34,545 bases of DNA from Candidatus Omnitrophota bacterium (GTDB lineage Bacteria > Omnitrophota > Gorgyraeia > Zapsychrales > Zapsychraceae): contig JADFXQ010000018.1 in the NCBI GenBank assembly GCA_015233495.1, positions 1-34,545 on the forward strand, given 5' to 3'. The notes under the pieces are model-generated. The model worked only from the letters and a program-made list of their open reading frames with translations. It was not told where the DNA came from and ran no database searches. This document shows, in pieces, positions 28,704-34,545 of this stretch (within the stretch, counting starts at the first letter, position 1; every line of letters begins with the position of its first letter). The translations under genes were made by a program, and so were the position numbers.

Positions 28704-30353
28704 ATGTCAAAATTTATTTTTGTCACGGGCGGAGTGGTTTCGAGTTTGGGAAAAGGGATCGCGGCGGCTTCTATCGGAAAATTGCTGGAGGCGCGGGGAC
28801 TTAAGACGACGATCATCAAATGCGACCCTTATCTGAATGTGGATCCGGGGACGATGAGTCCGTTTCAGCACGGGGAAGTTTATGTGACGGACGACGGCGC
28901 GGAAACCGATTTGGATCTGGGGCACTATGAGCGTTTTACCAACGGCGTGATGACTAAGGACAACAACATTACGGCGGGAAAAGTTTATTACAATGTGATC
29001 ACCAAGGAACGGCACGGGGATTATCTGGGAAAAACCGTGCAGATCATTCCGCATATTACCGACGAGATCAAGCGCGGGATCAAAAAAGTGGCCCGTGATC
29101 AGGATGTGGACGTGACCATTGTCGAAATCGGCGGCACGGTCGGCGATATCGAAAGTCTTCCATTTTTAGAGGCGATCCGCCAGATGCGCTGGGAATTGGG
29201 CGAGCATTACGCGGTGAATATTCACGTGACCTTACTGCCGTTTGTGCGGGCGGCCGGCGAACAGAAAACCAAGCCGACCCAGCACAGCGTCGGAGTGCTG
29301 AGGGGGATTGGCATTTCTCCGGATATTTTATTATGCCGCACCGAAAAACATTTGAACAAGGAGTTGCGGGAAAAAATCGCGTTGTTTTGCAACGTGGAGC
29401 GTGACGCGGTCGTGGAAGCCGCGGATTTGAAACATATTTATGAAGTCCCCGTCATGTTTAAAAAAGAAGGCGTGGATGATTTGATTTTGAAGCGCTTGAA
29501 ATTGGAAAAGGATGATAAAGGCGCTTTGAAAACTTGGTGTGAAAAAGTTATTGAACGGCTGCGCCATCCGGAACGGGAAGTGACCATTTACGTAGTGGGA
29601 AAATATATTGCGTTGCAGGACGCTTATAAATCGATCTATGAGGCCTTGGGTCACGGCGGGATAGCGAACAATGCCCGGGTGCATATCGTGAAAGTGGACT
29701 CGGAGCAGTTGGAACAGGAGGACGTTGCCAAACGCCTATCCGGAGCGCAAGGGATTTTGATCCCCGGCGGGTTTGGCGATCGAGGGATTGAAGGAAAAAT
29801 CCGTGCGGTGCGCTATGCGCGGGAAAATAAGATTCCGTTTTTTGGAATTTGTTTGGGGATGCAGGTTTCGGTGATTGAATTTGGCCGGAATGTCTGCGGG
29901 CTGAAGGAGGCTAATTCCACGGAATTCGATCCCAATACCGAGCATCCGGTGATTGCTTTATTGGAAGAGCAGAAAGATGTAAAGAATTATGGCGCGACCA
30001 TGCGTTTGGGCGCATATCCGTGCAAATTGCATAAAGACACGCAGAGTTTTAAAGCCTATCGCAAAGAAGCCATTTCCGAGCGGCATCGGCACCGTTATGA
30101 ATTCAACAGCGGTTATCGCAAGGCGTTTGAGGATAAGGGTATGGTGATCGCCGGGGAGCACGCGAATCACGGGCTCGTGGAGGTGATTGAATTGCAGGAT
30201 CATCCTTGGTTTGTGGCTTGTCAGTTTCATCCGGAATTTAAATCGAAGCCCGAGGCGGCGCATCCTTTGTTCCGGCAGTTTGTGGCCGCGGCGTTGTTAG
30301 TGAAAAGCCATCAGCCAGAAGTCCGAAGCAAGAGGTTGGAAGGAATAGAATAA
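28704..30353 (+). CDS. pyrG: CTP synthase
   Basis: [37 protein letters not shown] and QFHPEF motifs. Confidence 0.98.
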   Translation: MSKFIFVTGGVVSSLGKGIAAASIGKLLEARGLKTTIIKCDPYLNVDPGTMSPFQHGEVYVTDDGAETDLDLGHYERFTNGVMTKDNNITAGKVYYNVITKERHGDYLGKTVQIIPHITDEIKRGIKKVARDQDVDVTIVEIGGTVGDIESLPFLEAIRQMRWELGEHYAVNIHVTLLPFVRAAGEQKTKPTQHSVGVLRGIGISPDILLCRTEKHLNKELREKIALFCNVERDAVVEAADLKHIYEVPVMFKKEGVDDLILKRLKLEKDDKGALKTWCEKVIERLRHPEREVTIYVVGKYIALQDAYKSIYEALGHGGIANNARVHIVKVDSEQLEQEDVAKRLSGAQGILIPGGFGDRGIEGKIRAVRYARENKIPFFGICLGMQVSVIEFGRNVCGLKEANSTEFDPNTEHPVIALLEEQKDVKNYGATMRLGAYPCKLHKDTQSFKAYRKEAISERHRHRYEFNSGYRKAFEDKGMVIAGEHANHGLVEVIELQDHPWFVACQFHPEFKSKPEAAHPLFRQFVAAALLVKSHQPEVRSKRLEGIE

Positions 30354-30374
30354 TTTTTCGGTGAAAATATTTTA

Positions 30375-30428
30375 GCGCGGGTGGCGAAATGGTAGACGCG
30401 CACGCCTGCCTGCAGGTTTGAGGGGCGC
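30375..30428 (+). pseudogene. 5' fragment of tRNA-Leu, interrupted by CCTGCCTGCAGG
   Basis: GCGCGGGTGGCGAAATGGTAGACGCGCACG[12 nt, 30405-30416]TTTGAGGGGCG matches the 5' half of the intact tRNA with 2 substitutions and a 1-nt gap. Confidence 0.8.
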
Positions 30429-30436
30429 TAAGAAAA

Positions 30437-30706
30437 ATGTTTATAGTGTATGCTATTAAGAGTGAAAAATGTAATTATATTTATGTTGGTTTAACAAATA
30501 ATTTAGAGAGAAGATTGCAACAGCATTTTCAAGGGAAGAGTTCCACAACAAGAGCCTATCGACCATTTATCTTGATTTATAGCGCATTATTTGAAACACG
30601 AATTGAAGCAAGAATAAATGAAAAAATATTAAAATCGGGAAGTGGTAAAGAATTTTTAAAAAAGAATTATGCGCAGGTGGCGAAACTGGTAGACGCGTAC
30701 GTTTGA
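30437..30706 (+). CDS. stand-alone GIY-YIG nuclease
   Basis: VYAI-x-YIYVGLT.NLERRL.QH...EARINEKILKSG motifs; much more AT-rich than neighbouring genes; last 36 nt overlap the tRNA. Confidence 0.88.
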   Translation: MFIVYAIKSEKCNYIYVGLTNNLERRLQQHFQGKSSTTRAYRPFILIYSALFETRIEARINEKILKSGSGKEFLKKNYAQVAKLVDAYV

Positions 30707-30752
30707 GGGGCGTATGTCGCAAGGCATAAGGGTTCGATTCCCTTCCTGCGCA
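30671..30752 (+). tRNA. tRNA-Leu(GAG)
   Basis: Acceptor GCGCAGG/CCTGCGC-A, D-loop with GG, anticodon arm TACGT-TTGAGGG-GCGTA, long variable arm, T arm AAGGG-TTCGATT-CCCTT; no encoded CCA. Confidence 0.93.
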
Positions 30753-30766
30753 TTTAAAAAAAGACT

Positions 30767-30847
30767 GACGCGTACGCCTGCCTGCCGGCAGGCAGGTTTG
30801 AGGGGCGTATGTCGCAAGGCATAAGGGTTCGATTCCCTTCCTGCGCA
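30767..30847 (+). pseudogene. duplicated 3' part of tRNA-Leu, interrupted by a 20-bp palindrome
   Basis: Identical to tRNA 30692-30752 except for CCTGCCTGCCGGCAGGCAGG inserted at 30777-30796. Confidence 0.88.
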
Positions 30848-30862
30848 TTTTATATTCTATTA

Positions 30863-31585
30863 ATGAAAAAAAATTCCCCCAACGCCATTCAAGTTTCCGC
30901 CAGCATTTTAAGTGCTGACTTTTCCCGCCTAGGGGAGGAAATCAAAAGATGCGAGGCCGCCGGCGCCGATCGGTTTCACGTTGATGTGATGGACGGTCAT
31001 TTTGTTCCTGTGATCACGATGGGTCCGCTTATAGTCGCGGCGATCCGTTCATTGACCGCCCTGCCAATTGACGCGCATTTGATGGTGGAACATCCCGGTA
31101 TGCATTTGGAGCAGTTTATTGCCGCTGGCGCGGACAGTATTTATTTGCACGCGGAATGTTACGGAGTATTGCGGCCAGCGTGCCGCGGGCTGGGACAATT
31201 CCCCAAAGAGGTCGACCGAATCGATGCCGCGCAGATTTTATCGGATATCGCGAAAATCCAAAAGGCGGGGAAAAAGGCTTTTGTCACTTTGAATCCCGGC
31301 ACGCCATTGTGTTTGGAAGATATTTTGCGCGCGATCGACGGGGTACTCATCATGTCCGTCAATCCGGGATTCGCCGGTCAGGCGTTTAAACCGGAGGCGG
31401 TGGAAAAGATCCGTCAGTTGAGAAAAATTTATTCCGGAGATATCGCGATTGACGGCGGGATAAATGCTAAAACCGCGCCGCCAGTTGTCGCGGCGGGCGC
31501 GAATATTCTCGCTGCGGCCAGTTATTTATTCGCCCCCCCTGATATGCGGCCAGTCATCGACTGTTTGCGACAACTTAAAATTTAG
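30863..31585 (+). CDS. rpe: ribulose-phosphate 3-epimerase
   Basis: SILSADF, HVDVMDGHFVP, DAHLMV, MSVNPGFAGQ and IDGGIN motifs; start moved to ATG 30863, outside the tRNA fragment. Confidence 0.95.
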   Translation: MKKNSPNAIQVSASILSADFSRLGEEIKRCEAAGADRFHVDVMDGHFVPVITMGPLIVAAIRSLTALPIDAHLMVEHPGMHLEQFIAAGADSIYLHAECYGVLRPACRGLGQFPKEVDRIDAAQILSDIAKIQKAGKKAFVTLNPGTPLCLEDILRAIDGVLIMSVNPGFAGQAFKPEAVEKIRQLRKIYSGDIAIDGGINAKTAPPVVAAGANILAAASYLFAPPDMRPVIDCLRQLKI

Positions 31586-31601
31586 CGCTTACCGCGATTT
31601 C

Positions 31602-32534
31602 CTACCCTTCTTTTCTTTTGTCCCGCACACAGACGCTCTTGTCGATACTCTTAGCGTATTTTTTCAGTTCTGCGCCGATTTCGCCGATTTGCGCGACGTG
31701 GGTGATCGGCCGGGTCACGTTGCTCACAATTCCGATGGAAATCCCGAGGAAGCCAAATTTCTGCTCGACGCCTTGCCGGTCTTTGGAAACTATATAACCG
31801 CGGGCCCGGTCCGTTTCGTTATAAAACAAAGGCGCCCGCGCATCAAATTCTTTGACCACCGCGTCCCCGACTTGGTCGATAATACTGTCTTGGCAGATAA
31901 TCACAAAATCGTCGCCGCCGATGTGGCCGATAAAAGAATCTTTGCCGGCGATGCCTCGGCAATGTTTGATCAAGATTCGCGCGGTTTCCTTAATTACTTC
32001 ATCGCCTTTTTCAAAACCATAAATATCGTTATAGGATTTGAATTTATCCAAATCCGCGTACCCCACCGCAAAAGGACTTTTTTCCGAGATATTTTTTTGC
32101 AGTTCTTCCATAATCGAAGTATTGCCGGGCAGCAAGGTGAGGGGGTTGGCATCCAAACTCCGGTTGGTGCGGCGCAGAATCATTTTGATCCGCGCCAAAA
32201 GTTCGTCGGGAGCGAAGGGTTTTACCATATAGTCGTCCACGCCGGCCTCGATTCCGCTGATGCGGTCATGCACTTCGCCTTTTCCGGTGAGCATAATGAT
32301 CGGAATATGCTGCAACAGAATATCGCTTTTCATGGCGCGGCAAAAATCCCGGCCGTTCATGATGGGCATATTAAAGTCGCAGACGATGAGATCGGGCATC
32401 ACCGTGGGAACCATTTTAAGACCTTCCGCCCCGTTCGGGGCTTGAATGACTTCGTAATATTCCGACAGGGTTAATTCCAAGACATCTAAAATATCCGGGT
32501 CATCGTCGATGGTTAGAATTTTTTCACGTTTCAT
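31602..32534 (-). CDS. response regulator with GGDEF-type domain (GGDDF)
   Basis: REC domain (IDDD, D of IVCDFNMP, LTG, KPF) plus NPLTLLPGN, DLDKFKSYNDIYG and HIGGDDF; start moved to ATG 32534. Confidence 0.9.
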   Translation of the reverse strand: MKREKILTIDDDPDILDVLELTLSEYYEVIQAPNGAEGLKMVPTVMPDLIVCDFNMPIMNGRDFCRAMKSDILLQHIPIIMLTGKGEVHDRISGIEAGVDDYMVKPFAPDELLARIKMILRRTNRSLDANPLTLLPGNTSIMEELQKNISEKSPFAVGYADLDKFKSYNDIYGFEKGDEVIKETARILIKHCRGIAGKDSFIGHIGGDDFVIICQDSIIDQVGDAVVKEFDARAPLFYNETDRARGYIVSKDRQGVEQKFGFLGISIGIVSNVTRPITHVAQIGEIGAELKKYAKSIDKSVCVRDKRKEG

Positions 32535-32557
32535 GCTTATCTCAAGGTGAATGGTTT

Positions 32558-34039
32558 TTAAGAAATCGGCGCGACGGGTAAAGTCAGGTGGAATGTTGTC
32601 CCTTTGCCAATTTCGCTGGTGACCCAAATTTTACCTTTGTGCGCTTCAATGATGCGTTTGGTTAAAACTAAACCGAGGCCGGTGCCTTTGATGTTTTGAT
32701 GAATCGCGTTGTCGGCCCGGTAGAATTCGGTGAATAATTTCGGCAAATTGTCTTTGGGGATGCCAATGCCCGTGTCGGCAATCTCGACTTTGATCGTTGC
32801 CGCATCGACTAAACTTCCCGTCACGGTTACGCGTCCGTTTTCTGGAGTGAATTTTATGGCGTTGCTGAGAATGTTGATTAAGGCCCGTTCCATATGCGCG
32901 GAATCTAACAACACGTCCGGCAGAGTAGGCGGCATATCGATTTTCCATTCGATTTTTTTATCGCGCATCTGCGGGGTGAGCAGATCGATGACGTTATCAA
33001 TGATTTTGGCGAAATTATTTTTTACGAAGGCCATTTCCACGCGTCCGGATTCGATACGCGCGATGTCCAAAAGTTCATTGATCAATTTAACGAGGTTATC
33101 GGAATGGGTATTGATTTTTTCCAGCCGGGTCTTGACCGCCTCGGGAACGGCGCCTAATTTTCCGGCCATCAGGATAGAGGCGTATCCTTTGATGGAAGTC
33201 AAAGGCGTGCGCAACTCGTGCGAGACCGAGGAGATGAATTCGGATTTTTTGCGGCTCGCCTCGCGGACCTGTTTGAGCGCTTCTTCCAATTCGCGCGTGC
33301 GGTGCAGGACCTTAGATTCCAATTCTTTGCTGGAGCGAAAAATTTCTTCGAACAGACGGGCGTTTTCCAGGGCTTGGCCGATTTGGGTGCCGAGGATCGC
33401 CGCGGTTTCTTCATCCCCTTGCGTGAGGATGTCCGCGTGGGAAGGATCGCCTAAGAAAATCACGCCAATAAAACCGTTTTGGGTCAAGATCGGCGTTAGG
33501 ACAAAATTGTCGCATTTGAAAACCCGGATGAGTCCGTCTTTTTTTTGCTTAGGTGTTTTTACGGAAGAAAAAGATTTGCCTTCTTCCAGCGTAGTCCGCA
33601 AGTAGAGGTCATACTGCAAGGTCTGTAAAATGATTTGGATCTCATCTTCGTGAAACCCGGTTTGAACGCGGACGGACAAGGCCTTGTCTTTGTTGATAAT
33701 CACCAGCAGGGTTTTTTCAAACCCGATTTCATGGGCCAGCGTTTGATTAAGGCGCTGAAAAATTTCCGTTTCGTCGAGCGTCGTGCTGATAAGGCGGGAA
33801 ATTTTCTGTAAGGTGGTTAGATCGTTTAACCGTTTGTCTAACTCTTCTTGGGTTTTGTTCAGTTCGAGATCTGTTTTGACGATTAGTTTGGCTTGCGTAT
33901 CCAACTCATTGAAAGAATGTTTTAATTTTTCCACATTATTTAAAAATTGCCGATTCTCCCGGCTTTTATAATAAAGCAAGGCGGTAAAAAGGCCGCATAC
34001 GGCAAACGCGCCTAAGGTGATGTTGATTATCGGTTCCAT
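32558..34039 (-). CDS. membrane-anchored GAF-domain sensor histidine kinase
   Basis: N-terminal TM, coiled coil, GAF-like segment ending ALENARLF, H-box SHELRTPL, NAIKF, DTGIGI, GTGLGL. Confidence 0.92.
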   Translation of the reverse strand: MEPIINITLGAFAVCGLFTALLYYKSRENRQFLNNVEKLKHSFNELDTQAKLIVKTDLELNKTQEELDKRLNDLTTLQKISRLISTTLDETEIFQRLNQTLAHEIGFEKTLLVIINKDKALSVRVQTGFHEDEIQIILQTLQYDLYLRTTLEEGKSFSSVKTPKQKKDGLIRVFKCDNFVLTPILTQNGFIGVIFLGDPSHADILTQGDEETAAILGTQIGQALENARLFEEIFRSSKELESKVLHRTRELEEALKQVREASRKKSEFISSVSHELRTPLTSIKGYASILMAGKLGAVPEAVKTRLEKINTHSDNLVKLINELLDIARIESGRVEMAFVKNNFAKIIDNVIDLLTPQMRDKKIEWKIDMPPTLPDVLLDSAHMERALINILSNAIKFTPENGRVTVTGSLVDAATIKVEIADTGIGIPKDNLPKLFTEFYRADNAIHQNIKGTGLGLVLTKRIIEAHKGKIWVTSEIGKGTTFHLTLPVAPIS

Positions 34040-34080
34040 AACAATCCTTTGCTGTCACCAGACATCGCGGAAATATTGTT

Positions 34081-34109
34081 ATTATAAAAAGATAAACCAG
34101 ACAATGCAA
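34081..34109 (-). promoter_or_regulatory. sigma70 promoter for the kinase-regulator pair
   Basis: Minus strand TTGCAT-17 bp-TATAAT upstream of an AAAGGA RBS. Confidence 0.6.
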
Positions 34110-34140
34110 ATAATCAATCAACGACTTAAGCGCTTAGTCC

Positions 34141-34545
34141 TTATTCTGAAACCGCAAGTATTACCATGCTTTCGTTTTGCACGTGGGGTTGATTGAATTT
34201 TTCGGCAATTTTAAACGGAAAAACTTCGCCGTTAGAATACATCCCTATAATGGGAATGTTTTCGCCGAGAATATTTTTCACCATGGCGATTTCTTGGAAG
34301 GCGCCGCGGCCCAAAAGTTTTAAACGCGAAACTGACTCAATAAATATAAGCAGTTTCAATGGCCGATTAGCGGTCATCTGTTGGATTTCTGCGGCCGCTT
34401 CTGTCGCCGCGTTTTTGCAGGAATCTTTGTTGCCGATCATCAGGTGCACTTCCGAACCGGGGGGCACATTTCCCTGGCAGACGACACTGCCGTCTTCGAG
34501 TATGCCGACAATGTTGCGCAGCAAATATTGATGGGCTTCTTCCAC
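34141..34545 (-). CDS. FIST C-terminal domain protein (partial; 5' end outside window)
   Basis: YLLR..GILEDGS, SVSR..LLG, PIIGMYSNGEV and NES motifs typical of FIST_C. Confidence 0.75.
   Translation of the reverse strand: MEEAHQYLLRNIVGILEDGSVVCQGNVPPGSEVHLMIGNKDSCKNAATEAAAEIQQMTANRPLKLLIFIESVSRLKLLGRGAFQEIAMVKNILGENIPIIGMYSNGEVFPFKIAEKFNQPHVQNESMVILAVSE

Noticed and set aside
30375..30850. Prophage/ICE att sites or a group I intron in tRNA-Leu
   Set aside because: No integrase or cargo lies between the duplicates (14 nt separate the tRNA and its 3' copy). A complete tRNA follows the ORF, and the ORF leaves no room for an intron core.

Overview
Bacterial chromosomal window. Omnitrophota/PVC-like origin is my inference, from the architecture of the 1618-aa secreted protein. 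The backbone is a glutamine-centred cluster on the + strand: amtB-glnK-glnA (GSIII)-class I GATase-nadE (Gln-dependent)-gltB-gltD, then carA-carB-purF-pyrG, tRNA-Leu(GAG) and rpe. It converges on a minus-strand FIST protein / GAF histidine kinase / REC-GGDEF module. An accessory block at about 13.7-22.2 kb carries a BrnTA-like TA pair, a giant signal-peptide protein with an embedded phosphohexomutase domain between SSP linker repeats, a toxin-first AbiE TA pair and two envelope genes. The most notable signals are mostly non-coding. (1) An AT-rich stand-alone GIY-YIG gene is fused to tRNA-Leu and flanked by two tRNA fragments, both interrupted at the same base by a CCTGCCTGCCGGCAGGCAGG-type palindrome that also occurs elsewhere in the window. 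(2) A dispersed intergenic structured element has conserved flanks but a different 23-26 bp paired stem in each copy. (3) Four matching hexaloop-hairpin/terminator leaders (ANTAR-like) precede amtB (twice), glnA and carA. No database searches or folding programs were run; all calls come from reading the sequence.
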